64,000 bases of DNA from Desulfobacterales bacterium (lineage in GTDB: Bacteria > Desulfobacterota > Desulfobacteria > Desulfobacterales > UBA2174): NCBI GenBank assembly GCA_963668645.2, contig CAXXWC010000014.1:1-64000 (forward strand), read 5' to 3'. Below the pieces are notes generated by a model. The model made no database searches. It saw only the letters and a list, made by a program, of their open reading frames with translations, and was not told the origin of the DNA. Position numbers and translations under genes: made by a program. Numbering within the stretch: the stretch's first letter is position 1; each line of letters opens with the position of its first letter. Below are positions 8,540 through 18,216 of this stretch, one piece after another.

Positions 8540-9559
8540 ATGGAATCCTCTTACGAACAACGCTCCCGCCTGAGTGCCATCGGATTTTCCCTGGCGGTTG
8601 CAACGCTCCTGATGGCCGTCAAATTCTGGGCTTGGCACCTGACCGGATCTTCGGCAATCTTCTCAGATGCCCTGGAGTCGATCATCAACGTGGTGGCCGG
8701 GGCCTTTGCCCTGGCCAGTGTCTGGATCGCCGAACGCCCTCCGGATGAGCGCCATCCTTACGGCCACGGCAAGATCGAATATTTCTCCGCAGGCTTTGAA
8801 GGGGCCCTGATCGTGCTGGCGGCTCTGGGGATTTTTTACGCCGGCGGCCGGCGCATGCTTCAGCCGCAACCGATCCCGCATGTCGAAGCGGGGCTGTGGC
8901 TGGTTTTGGCCGCAGCATCGGTCAACGCCCTGCTCGGCGTCTTGCTTCTGCGCATCGGGCGGCGTACTCGGTCCCTGACTTTGGAAGCTGACGGCCGCCA
9001 CGTGCTCACCGATGTCTACACCTCGGCCGGGGTGTTGATCGGATTGCTGGCGGTCAAGGCCACCGGACGGTACTGGCTCGACGGGCTTGTCGCCTGTGCG
9101 CTGGGCATTCAGATCCTGGTGACCGGCTACCGCCTGATGCGCCAGGCCGTTTCAGGGTTGATGGACGAGACCGATCCGGCCCTGATCGATCGGCTGGCCG
9201 AACGGCTCGAGGCCCGGCGGCGCCCGTTGTGGATCGATATTCACGAACTGCGCTGCCGCCGGGCCGGGCGCCTGGTCCATGTCAGTATGCATTTGATTTT
9301 GCCCCGCGACCTGAGCCTCGAAGGGGCCCACGAAGAGGCCAAGCATCTGGAGCGTCTGGTGGTGGTTTTCTTTGAAGATCCGGTGAGCATCGTGGTCCAC
9401 ATGGATCCGTGCCTGGAACTTGACTGCGCGGCCTGCCTGCGCAATCCTTGCGCGATGCGGATCCGGCCGGCCAGCCTGCCGCGGCAGGCCTGGAACCGTG
9501 GCCATCTGATGGCCGAAGGGGCCGATGACCGCCTCCTTGTGCCGGAGAAAAAACGATGA
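8540..9559 (+). CDS. Cation diffusion facilitator (CDF) transporter
   Basis: SDALES, PPDERHPYGHGKIEY, ADGRHVLTD motifs; C-terminal HMDPC...CxxC. Confidence 0.92.
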   Translation: MESSYEQRSRLSAIGFSLAVATLLMAVKFWAWHLTGSSAIFSDALESIINVVAGAFALASVWIAERPPDERHPYGHGKIEYFSAGFEGALIVLAALGIFYAGGRRMLQPQPIPHVEAGLWLVLAAASVNALLGVLLLRIGRRTRSLTLEADGRHVLTDVYTSAGVLIGLLAVKATGRYWLDGLVACALGIQILVTGYRLMRQAVSGLMDETDPALIDRLAERLEARRRPLWIDIHELRCRRAGRLVHVSMHLILPRDLSLEGAHEEAKHLERLVVVFFEDPVSIVVHMDPCLELDCAACLRNPCAMRIRPASLPRQAWNRGHLMAEGADDRLLVPEKKR

Positions 9560-10281
9560 GTATCAAAAAATACTACGGTATTGCGCGCGGCCGGCGGCCG
9601 GGCGTTTATACATCCTGGTTCGGCCCTCTGGGCGCCCAGGTGCAGGTCGCCGGATTTGCCGGAGCGCGTTACAAGGGTTTTGCCACCCGCGAGGACGCCG
9701 AGGCCTTTGTGCGCACCGGCGGACGGTTGGCGCCGCCACCGTCTGGATCCACACCAGAGCCGGCAGCGAAGGGCACACCGGCCGGCGCCGATTCCGTGCC
9801 GCGAGTCGAGGTATACACCGATGGCGGCGCATTGAACAACCCCGGGCCGGGCGGCTGGGCTGCGGTGATTCTGGATTTAGATCCGCCCACCGAACTTTGC
9901 GGAGGGTTCAGCCCGACGACCAACAACCGCATGGAACTGACCGCCGCCATCATGGCCCTGCGCTACTTCGCGGTTCCCTCAGCCGTTCGGCTGCATACCG
10001 ATTCGCGCTACATGGTCGATGGCATCGAAAAGGGATGGGCCGCACGCTGGGAGGCCCGGGGCTGGATGCGCAGCGCCACGGAACCGGCGCGCAACGCCGA
10101 TCTGTGGGCCCAACTGCTGGCCCTTTGCCGGCGCCACGACGTCGTGTTTGTCTGGGTCCCCGGCCATGCCGGGGTGACCTACAACGAACGCTGCGACCGG
10201 TTGGTTCGCAGCATGTCGGCACGCGCCGATCTGCCGGCGGATCCCGGGTATCCGCAAACCGGACAGGACCGGTTGCGTTAG
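9556..10281 (+). CDS. rnhA: Ribonuclease HI with N-terminal hybrid-binding (viroplasmin-like) domain
   Basis: KYYGIARGRRPGVYTSW...YKGF N-terminal domain; YTDGG..NPGPGG, TTNNRMEL, TDSRY, NADLW, WVPGHAG..NERCD. Confidence 0.95.
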   Translation: MSIKKYYGIARGRRPGVYTSWFGPLGAQVQVAGFAGARYKGFATREDAEAFVRTGGRLAPPPSGSTPEPAAKGTPAGADSVPRVEVYTDGGALNNPGPGGWAAVILDLDPPTELCGGFSPTTNNRMELTAAIMALRYFAVPSAVRLHTDSRYMVDGIEKGWAARWEARGWMRSATEPARNADLWAQLLALCRRHDVVFVWVPGHAGVTYNERCDRLVRSMSARADLPADPGYPQTGQDRLR

Positions 10282-10290
10282 GTGCTTTCC

Positions 10291-11748
10291 ATGTCGTCAC
10301 TCCAAGACCTGAAGCCTCAACCTCTCTGGAACCATTTTGCCCGGCTGGCCGCCATTCCCCACGCCTCGGGCGACGAAGCCGCTTTACGCGCGGCGATCCG
10401 GGCCTTGGCGCAGGCCCGGGGCTTTGACCACGAAATCGATGCCGGCGGCAACCTGCTGGTGCGCAAGCCGGCCGCCCCGGGCCGGGAGGCCGGCCCCGGG
10501 ACCGTCGTGCAGGCCCACCTGGATATGGTCTGCGAAAAGCTCGGCCATTCGGCGCATGATTTTACCACCGACGCACTGCGTTTGAAGGTGGACCGGAGCG
10601 GATGGCTCAGTGCCGAGGGGACCACCCTGGGGGCGGACAACGGTATCGGCGTGGCGGCCATGATGGCCTTGATGGAGGACCGCGATCTGATTCACGGCCC
10701 GCTGGAGCTGCTTTTTACCGTGGGCGAGGAGAGCGGGATGCACGGGGCCCGGCAGCTGCGCCGCGGGTGGCTCCGGGGCCGCTATCTGATCAATCTGGAT
10801 GCCGAGCGCGACGATACGATCATCATCGGCTGCGCCGGGAGCCGCTGCACCACCCTCGATCTGCACCTGGCCACGGCTGGGCCCGGTCCGGATGAGGCCG
10901 CGGCCCGCATTTGCATCACCGGCCTTCTCGGCGGCCATTCGGGCATGGACATCCATCGCGGACGGGCCAATCCGATCCGTTTGATGGTGCGCCTGGTCGA
11001 AAGCCTCGAGTCAGCCCTGGCGGTGCGCCTGAGCCGCCTGGAAGCCGGCCGGTCCATCAACGCCCTGGCCCGGGAAGCCGAGGCGGTGGTCTGCTACCCG
11101 GTGGGGCGCTGGCACCGCCTGGCCGAAATGGTGGCAGGCTGGCAAGACGTGTTTCGCCGGGAGCATGCCGGCACTGAGACCGGGCTGCGCATCGAACTGC
11201 AAGCCGTAGGACGCGAGTGCGCACCCCTGGTCTTGACCGGCGCCAGCCAGCGTGCCGTGCTCGACCTGTTGACCGTCCTGCCCCACGGGGTTTTGGCCAT
11301 GAGCGGCGCCGATCCGGGGCTGGTGGATACTTCCTCCAATCTGGCCGCGGCCGTGACCGCCAAAGACTTGCTGACCGTTTCCACCAAACAGCGCTCATTG
11401 GTGGAGAGCCGGCTGGAGGCCGCCTGCCAGACCGTGGTCGCCGCAGGCCGCCTGGCCGGCGCCACGGCAAGATTTCATGGCGCCTATCCTTCCTGGTCTC
11501 CCCGTGCCCAATCGACCCTGCTCACCCTGGCTAGCGGGATCTATCCGCGCCTTTTCGCGACTGCCCCAAAGTTGCGCGCCATGCACGCCGGGCTTGAATG
11601 CGGTCTGATGGCCCAGGCCTATCCCGAGATCGAGATCGTGGCCATCGGCCCGAACATCTTGGATCCCCATTCGCCCGACGAGCGGGTGGAGATTGCCTCG
11701 GTGGTCAAATTCTGGCGCTTTCTCACGGCGCTGCTCGGTGAACTGTAA
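10291..11748 (+). CDS. pepD: Aminoacyl-histidine dipeptidase (M20C peptidase)
   Basis: QAHLDMVCEK, TTLGADNGIG, EESG, GGHSG, HAGLECG, HSPDER. Confidence 0.92.
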   Translation: MSSLQDLKPQPLWNHFARLAAIPHASGDEAALRAAIRALAQARGFDHEIDAGGNLLVRKPAAPGREAGPGTVVQAHLDMVCEKLGHSAHDFTTDALRLKVDRSGWLSAEGTTLGADNGIGVAAMMALMEDRDLIHGPLELLFTVGEESGMHGARQLRRGWLRGRYLINLDAERDDTIIIGCAGSRCTTLDLHLATAGPGPDEAAARICITGLLGGHSGMDIHRGRANPIRLMVRLVESLESALAVRLSRLEAGRSINALAREAEAVVCYPVGRWHRLAEMVAGWQDVFRREHAGTETGLRIELQAVGRECAPLVLTGASQRAVLDLLTVLPHGVLAMSGADPGLVDTSSNLAAAVTAKDLLTVSTKQRSLVESRLEAACQTVVAAGRLAGATARFHGAYPSWSPRAQSTLLTLASGIYPRLFATAPKLRAMHAGLECGLMAQAYPEIEIVAIGPNILDPHSPDERVEIASVVKFWRFLTALLGEL

Positions 11749-11812
11749 GACCTGAAAAATCAGCCTGCCATTTGCCGATGGATGCGCCGCAATCGGCGAG
11801 TGGACGGATTTT

Positions 11813-12886
11813 TCAGTCGTTGGCCACCGTCCTGAGGTGTACGTCACGCTGGGGAAAGGGGATCTCGATCTTTTCAGCGAGGAACCGTTTGTAGATCGCG
11901 GTGTTGAGCCGGTGCAAGGTGCGGCCGCGCAGCACCGGTTTTTGCACCCAGCAAAGCAGTTCGTGATCCAGGCTGGAATCGCCGAAAGCCCTGAACCTGA
12001 CCCGGGGCGCCGGCTCCCGGCATACGTCCGGATGGGTCAGGGCCACCTCCTCGAGCACCGCGTGGACCTTGTCAATGTCCGATCCGTAGGCCACGCCGAC
12101 CTTGACCCGGATGCGGTACTTTTCATGGGGACCGCCCGATTCATTGGTGATCTTGGCGTTGCCCATGATCGAGTTGGGGACGGTGATCTCCACATCGTCG
12201 CGGGTCAGCAGCCGGGTGCTGCGGATTCCGATATGGGTCACCTCACCGCGTTCGCCCGAGTCGAGCACGATGAAATCTCCGAGCTTGTAAGGGGCATCGG
12301 CCACGATGAAGACCCCGGAAAAGAGGTTGGCCAGGGTGTCCTTGGCGGCGAATGAAATCGCCAGGCCGAGGATCCCGGCCGAAGCCATCCAGGCGGTGAC
12401 ATCGATATCCCAGGCCAGAAAGACGAAATAGATGGCCAGGACCACCACCACGATGGCCAGCAGGTTGTTGAACAGCGGCAGGGTCCGCTCCTGGACAAAG
12501 GCGAAACTGCGCGGGTCATGGCTCACCAGCCCGAGGATCATCTTCAAGAGCTGCCCGGCGGCCGTGGCCCAGAGGAAGATGGCCACCGTCTTGATCCCGC
12601 CTTTGGTGATGAAGGCCACTTCGGCCGGCAGGTCGATGCGTTCTGTGGCCAAGGCCAGGCCGACAAGCATGATGCTGACAAAGACCGGCTTGTGGAGGAT
12701 ATCCACAAGCTGATCGTCCAGGGTGAAATGGGTCATCGCGATCCAGCGGCGTACGAAACGGCGGATGATCAGGTCCACGATTTTGGCCAGGGTATAAAAC
12801 AGCAGGATGATCAACAGCGCCTGGAGGTAGCGGTTGGGGGCGATGCGGGCCACAAGGTCGAGCAACTCTTCGAATCTTAAAGTCAT
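11813..12886 (-). CDS. MscS-family mechanosensitive channel
   Basis: FAAKDTLANLFSG, IGIRSTR, VPNS, IEIPFPQRDVH. Confidence 0.92.
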   Translation of the reverse strand: MTLRFEELLDLVARIAPNRYLQALLIILLFYTLAKIVDLIIRRFVRRWIAMTHFTLDDQLVDILHKPVFVSIMLVGLALATERIDLPAEVAFITKGGIKTVAIFLWATAAGQLLKMILGLVSHDPRSFAFVQERTLPLFNNLLAIVVVVLAIYFVFLAWDIDVTAWMASAGILGLAISFAAKDTLANLFSGVFIVADAPYKLGDFIVLDSGERGEVTHIGIRSTRLLTRDDVEITVPNSIMGNAKITNESGGPHEKYRIRVKVGVAYGSDIDKVHAVLEEVALTHPDVCREPAPRVRFRAFGDSSLDHELLCWVQKPVLRGRTLHRLNTAIYKRFLAEKIEIPFPQRDVHLRTVAND

Positions 12887-13144
12887 ATGCGGTCCTTGGC
12901 TGTGTGCTGGACAGCCTGTGGCGTGTTGGCCCACAAGCTGTTAAGTGCGGTCATGGCCTGGTGCAGCGGCCGGCGGTGCAAGGCTACCGTATTCGACTTT
13001 ATCCGTCGCGGCAACCCCTGCACCGAAGCCGGGAATTGCCTATCGAATTTCCCCCATTGAGTTTCCCGAGGCTCGGGCGTAAGGAGCATGATTTGAGTGA
13101 AGTTTGATCGTTATGAGGTTTATCCGCCCGTTTCAGAGGTGCTC

Positions 13145-13822
13145 ATGATGGGTCGCATCACCAAAGTCGCCATGATCGCAGGGCTCGTACTGCTGGTGCA
13201 GGCTCCTCCGGCCCAGCCCTCCGACGAATCAAGACCGGCCACTGCCGTTGAAAAGGCTTTTTATCAGAGGGTGTTCAAGGCTCTGGCTGCCGCCGTGCCC
13301 GACCAGGGACCGCAGGGTTGGACCGTGGTGCAAAAGACCGAATCCGAAAGTCTCGAAACGGTCGGCACCGGTTCCGAAAATGAACCGTTCTGGGTCAATT
13401 ACACCATCGTCTGGCAGTCCGGCGTCGCCATGCCGGCCACGGCTGCCGGAGATGTGCCCCCTTGCCCCGAGGGGCACGATACCCGGGCCGAGATCACCGT
13501 GATGGCCAATGTGACGGTGGAATCGTTCATGGCGCCGTTTGCCGAGAGCGAACCGGTCAACGGGCATCCGGTCTACCGCACCGAGGGGGAACTGGATCCG
13601 GACCAGGGCTGGCAGGAAGGGGTCAGTTTCGTTTTTCTGGGGCCCGGCTGGCAGCTCAACGGCGAGGGCGACGAGGCGTACATGGAATCTTTGCCCGAGA
13701 GCGATCTGCCCCATACCCGGGTGCAAACCGTGCTGGTGCGGGTCCAGGCCGAAGAGGAAAGGGCCCGCGCCCTGCTCGGGGGGATCAACTGGAAGGCGCT
13801 TGAAAGGCTGATCGGTACCTGA
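13145..13822 (+). CDS. Hypothetical exported protein
   Basis: Signal-peptide-like N-terminus, acidic mature part, GAGG RBS before ATG. Confidence 0.65.
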   Translation: MMGRITKVAMIAGLVLLVQAPPAQPSDESRPATAVEKAFYQRVFKALAAAVPDQGPQGWTVVQKTESESLETVGTGSENEPFWVNYTIVWQSGVAMPATAAGDVPPCPEGHDTRAEITVMANVTVESFMAPFAESEPVNGHPVYRTEGELDPDQGWQEGVSFVFLGPGWQLNGEGDEAYMESLPESDLPHTRVQTVLVRVQAEEERARALLGGINWKALERLIGT

Positions 13823-13902
13823 GCGTCTTTGGGCCTTGGGGACCGGCAGGGACACGGCCTGCGAATCGGGCCGGCAAACGGCAAGAAGCGCCGGCTTCGG
13901 AT

Positions 13903-14691
13903 TTAAAGATCGCGCAGCCGCAACTGACCGCCGGCCCCGAAGCATCGCCGGCGGATGAGCAGGACCACGGCCGCGGTGCTCAACGCCGTGGCTCCCACCA
14001 GCATCAGCATCACCACCACCTGATAGCGGATGGCGGTCAGCGGGTCGACCCCCGAAAGGATCTGGCCGGTCATCATTCCCGGCAAAAAGACGATGCCCAC
14101 CCCCATCATGGCGTTGATCGAGGGGATCATCCCGGCCCGGATGGCATCGCGCACGATGGCCTGACTCGCTTCGCGAGGGTCTGCCCCGAGACAGAGGTAC
14201 ATCTCCACAAGGTCGCGCTGGCTGCGCAGTCCGGCAAAGAGCCGATCCAGTGCCAGGGCCAGAGCGTTCATCGAGTTGCCGATGATCATGCCGGCGATGG
14301 GGATGAAATACTGGGGGCGCCACCAGGGTTCGGCCGCCAAGATGAGTCCGGTCACCGTGGCGGTGGTCACCAGGTAGCTCAAGAGCATGGCCCCCAGCAT
14401 CGGCAGCACGAAGGCGACCTGCCGTTCCTTGACCCGATCGCGGACGATCTGGGCCGCCGCCAGGATCATGGCGCCAAAGACGGTCAGGGTCAGTGCCATG
14501 GAGTCGAGCCGGAAAATCAGCACCAGGGCATAGCCCATCAGGCCGAGTTGGGCAAAGGTGCGCAGCGTGCCGACCAGCAGGCTGCGCCCCAGTTCGAGGT
14601 GCCACAAGAGGGACGCGCAGCCGGCCAGCAGGACGAACACCAGCGCCAGGGCCAACTGCCAGGGACCGATCTGGATGATGGCAGGATTCAT
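13903..14691 (-). CDS. fetB: ABC permease, FetB/YbbM (UPF0014) family
   Basis: PQYFIPIAGMIIGNSM, GIVFLPGMMTGQILSG.DP..AIRYQ. Confidence 0.88.
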   Translation of the reverse strand: MNPAIIQIGPWQLALALVFVLLAGCASLLWHLELGRSLLVGTLRTFAQLGLMGYALVLIFRLDSMALTLTVFGAMILAAAQIVRDRVKERQVAFVLPMLGAMLLSYLVTTATVTGLILAAEPWWRPQYFIPIAGMIIGNSMNALALALDRLFAGLRSQRDLVEMYLCLGADPREASQAIVRDAIRAGMIPSINAMMGVGIVFLPGMMTGQILSGVDPLTAIRYQVVVMLMLVGATALSTAAVVLLIRRRCFGAGGQLRLRDL

Positions 14692-15353
14692 GGGGCCGCT
14701 CCGAGCCGGATACGGGCCGTGGCATGAGCCGCATCTTGCGGGTTGTGGGAAACCATGACCACGGTCAGGTCTCTGGTGCGGTTAAGCTGCACCACCGCTT
14801 CGACCACCCGCCTGGCGTTGTCACGGTCCAGGGCAGCGGTCGGTTCGTCCAGCAGCAGGATTCGAGGGCCGAGAAGCATCGAGCGCAGAACACAGAGGCG
14901 CTGCTTCTGGCCCACGGAAAGCCCCAGGGCCTTGTGATCCAGGTAGACCTTTTCCAGGCTGAATTCATCCAGCCGCCGGCGCAAGTCCCGATCGTCCGGG
15001 GCTTTAAGATCCGCGTTGACCTTGAGGGTGAAGGGGAGCGTCAGGTTGGTGCGTACCGTACCGGCCAGCAGCACCGGGGTCTGCTGGACATAGCAGACCT
15101 GGCGCCGCAGCCGGCAGGGCGGCAGTGCTTCGATGGGTCTTCCATCCAGAAAGATGGTGCCTGTGTCGGGATTCTCCAGGCGGCAGGCCAGGCGCAGGAG
15201 GGTCGACTTGCCGCAGCCCGAGGGCCCTTCGACGCTTACGAAGGCGCCCGGGTCGACGGAGAACGAAAGGCCGTCGAGCACCGGTGCAGCGCTTTCGGGG
15301 TAGGTGAATGTGATCGATTCGAAGTCCAGCCGGGGCGGCATTTCAGATGGCAT
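14688..15353 (-). CDS. ABC ATP-binding protein, FetA/YbbL-like
   Basis: GPSGCGKS, LSVGQKQR, LLLDEPT; overlaps the FetB-like start. Confidence 0.88.
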   Translation of the reverse strand: MPSEMPPRLDFESITFTYPESAAPVLDGLSFSVDPGAFVSVEGPSGCGKSTLLRLACRLENPDTGTIFLDGRPIEALPPCRLRRQVCYVQQTPVLLAGTVRTNLTLPFTLKVNADLKAPDDRDLRRRLDEFSLEKVYLDHKALGLSVGQKQRLCVLRSMLLGPRILLLDEPTAALDRDNARRVVEAVVQLNRTRDLTVVMVSHNPQDAAHATARIRLGAAP

Positions 15354-17958
15354 CGTCCGTCTCCGGTCCATCGGCGGGCTGTTTGGGGGCGCAAGGTTTT
15401 TCCAGCTTGATTTCAGGCGGCAGGCTGCGAAGGTGCAGATCCCTTTGGGGAAAGGCGATCTCGATGTCGTTAAGGCGAAAGAGGCGGTCGATTTCGAAAC
15501 GCAGGGCCGTGTCGGCGCGTAGCATGTTGTCCACCGTGGTCCAGACCCGGAGGCGGAAATCGAGGGTGCTTTCCCCGAAATCGGTAAACAGGATGTCCGG
15601 TTGGGGATTGGGCAGCACTTCGGCCGTATTGGCGGCCGCCTCCAGCAGGGTCTGGCGGACCAGTGCGGTATCCGATCCGTAGGCCACCCCGACGTTGATG
15701 CTGCGCCGCAGGTAGGGATCGCGGTGGCTCCAGTTGGTCACCGCGTTGCTGATGAATTCCGAGTTGGGAATGATCAGGGCCGCGCCGTCGTAAGTCTGCA
15801 CCAGCGTGGCGCGCACGTTGATCTGCATCACCCGGGCCCAGATCCCGTTGATTTCGATGTCGTCGCCGACCTGGATGGGCCGTTCGAAAAGCAGGATCAG
15901 CCCGCTGATGAAGTTGTTGAAGATGTTTTGCAGGCCGAACCCGAGTCCGATGCCAAGAGCGCCGAAGGCCACCGTCAGCGAGGTGGTGGAAATGCCAAAA
16001 GCGCGCAGGGCCACCAGGATCCCGGCCGCCCAGATTGCGTAGACGGAAATGGTGACGATGGAATCACGGGCCCCGTGGGTTATCCCGCTGCCGGACAGGA
16101 CCTGCCCCAGCAGCAGTTGGCGCCACAACCGGGTTGCCAGATGGGTGAAAAACAGTACCAGCACGCCGATCAGCAGCCCGTTGAGGCGAAAAGTCGTATC
16201 GCCGATGACAAACGGGTGGCTCAAAACGCGGCCCAGCCCGGACGACAGGCTCTCCCATCCGCCCCAGGCCAGCGCCAGCGCTGCCAAAAAGAGCAATGCC
16301 CATGCCAGCCAGGCCACCCTCAGCAGGGCCCAGTGCAGCGGTTCACGGGCCGGGGCCGCCGTCCCGGTCGTTTCCCCGGAAACCGCCGGCCGGTCCATTT
16401 CACGCAAAGTCTGGCCCAAGAGCGCCGACCAGAGCACCGTGACCAGGGTCAGGCCCCAACCAAGGTACCAGAACAAAGCCAGCGCTCCGTAGCCGGCCAG
16501 ATCGAAGGCCGGCCCGGCCAGGGCAATGGTGTAGCTGGCGACGACGGCCGCCTGCTGGGTCCAGCTTTTGGCCTGGACCGATTCGCGGGGCGTTTGCCGG
16601 GGGTGCCAGGTGCGCCAGAAGCCGACCAGGACCGCAGCCAGAACGATTTCCAGCGCCAACCGGGCCAGGGCCTCCAGCATGCCGCCGCCTCCCAGCGACC
16701 AGGTCAGGAAGATATGCACCGCGGCGTAGAGTCGACTCAGGCGCACCAGCCGGCGTGCCGTGATCGCCAAAAGGGGCCATCGGGGATGAGACGGACCGAG
16801 CGGGGCGAGCGCGAAAAACTGGCGCACCCAGTAGCCTGCGAGCCAGACCGCAAAGAATGTGACCAAGGCCCCGGGCAGGGTCGTGGCCCCGGGTTCCAGA
16901 CCCGGCCCCATGTTGGCGGCCATAAAAACCAATAACCCCAAGGGAACGACGGTTCGCTGGAACATATTCAGCAAAGCGGCCCGCCATGGCAATTGCGCGT
17001 TGTCGATGCGCCGGATCAACCGGCCCAGTGCAACCCGAAGCCTCAAAAGCAAGAGCAGCAGGCCGCATCCGAGCACAAAGATGGCTAGCATCGGCCCCGG
17101 TCCGGTGCGCAAGAAGGCTTCGGTCTGAAAGCGCCAGAATTGCCGGTCGGTTAAAGAGCGGCCGAAACGCACCAATCGGGAGGATTCCCCGGCCAGGCCG
17201 GTTCGATTCAGCTTGGCCAGGGGACTCGCAGCGCGGGTCAATACCGCCGTACGGCGGGCTTCATCCCTTGCCGCCGTCAGGGTTTGCCCCAATCCGGCGA
17301 GGTTTCCGGCCATGGTCGTCAGGTTTGATACCTGGTCGGCATAAAGCGGATCGAGCTTTGCGATGAGGCCGATGATCTCCTTTTGAACACGGATCACCGC
17401 CGCCAGTTGATCCAGCCAGCGGGTTTGGCCGGCGGCCGGCGGCGGCGCCTTCTTGATCTCCTCGAACTGGGTCCGGTTGAGGGCCAGTTGCTGTTCGGTT
17501 TGTCCGCGCAACTCGACCAGGGCCTGGCGCCTAGGCGCGAGCCGGTCAAGGGCGTCCTGGACGGCTGCCTGGCTGCGGCGCTGTTCGGCCAAGGCCTTGG
17601 CCAGAATTTCAGGATCCACCGATGGCAGACCGGCTAGATTGCCGAAGGTGGACAACTGGATGCGGTAGGCGGCCAATTCTCCGGCCAGGGACCGATTCTC
17701 GCGCTGGGCCCCTTCCCACTCGGCCTTGAGCCGGTCGCGCCGTGCTTCGGCGGTTTTGAGTGCGTCGGCCATGGAAGCGCTCAGATCCAGGACCTTGACC
17801 GGGGCCGCTTCGGTGGCCGGCACGCCTTGTTCGCAGGGGGCCTGACCCACGGCGGCCACTAACAGCCAGAAAGCCACGGCCAGGCCGGCCCCGAGAAGGC
17901 GGCCTGGGTGGGCAAGTGCGGACGTGGGACTGCAACGGCGAAACGGCATGGTATTCAT
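15343..17958 (-). CDS. Large MscS/MscK-like mechanosensitive channel with periplasmic coiled-coil region
   Basis: C-terminal GLGFGLQNIFNNFISGLILLFERPIQVGD, IPNS, IAFPQRDLH; multiple TM segments. Start uncertain. Confidence 0.88.
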   Translation of the reverse strand: MNTMPFRRCSPTSALAHPGRLLGAGLAVAFWLLVAAVGQAPCEQGVPATEAAPVKVLDLSASMADALKTAEARRDRLKAEWEGAQRENRSLAGELAAYRIQLSTFGNLAGLPSVDPEILAKALAEQRRSQAAVQDALDRLAPRRQALVELRGQTEQQLALNRTQFEEIKKAPPPAAGQTRWLDQLAAVIRVQKEIIGLIAKLDPLYADQVSNLTTMAGNLAGLGQTLTAARDEARRTAVLTRAASPLAKLNRTGLAGESSRLVRFGRSLTDRQFWRFQTEAFLRTGPGPMLAIFVLGCGLLLLLLRLRVALGRLIRRIDNAQLPWRAALLNMFQRTVVPLGLLVFMAANMGPGLEPGATTLPGALVTFFAVWLAGYWVRQFFALAPLGPSHPRWPLLAITARRLVRLSRLYAAVHIFLTWSLGGGGMLEALARLALEIVLAAVLVGFWRTWHPRQTPRESVQAKSWTQQAAVVASYTIALAGPAFDLAGYGALALFWYLGWGLTLVTVLWSALLGQTLREMDRPAVSGETTGTAAPAREPLHWALLRVAWLAWALLFLAALALAWGGWESLSSGLGRVLSHPFVIGDTTFRLNGLLIGVLVLFFTHLATRLWRQLLLGQVLSGSGITHGARDSIVTISVYAIWAAGILVALRAFGISTTSLTVAFGALGIGLGFGLQNIFNNFISGLILLFERPIQVGDDIEINGIWARVMQINVRATLVQTYDGAALIIPNSEFISNAVTNWSHRDPYLRRSINVGVAYGSDTALVRQTLLEAAANTAEVLPNPQPDILFTDFGESTLDFRLRVWTTVDNMLRADTALRFEIDRLFRLNDIEIAFPQRDLHLRSLPPEIKLEKPCAPKQPADGPETDDAI

Positions 17959-18216
17959 AGGCCGGCTTTCTTGGAAGCTTGAAAAATCATGTTGGACGTG
18001 TAGCATAATAAGATAAAACAGAGCGTAAAACATCAATCCACCGATGGCGGCCCCTCGGGCTGCATCTGTCCCGGCCGGATCATCTAACCCCCCCAGTTCG
18101 GCACCGTATCACCGTAGCACCGGCATCTGTTTGCTCCAAGGGCCCTTTGCCGGGCAAGCGGATGCTGTCACCCCTCTGGCCGGGTTTACACCCGCCGCTT
18201 AAGCGAGGAGAGATGT

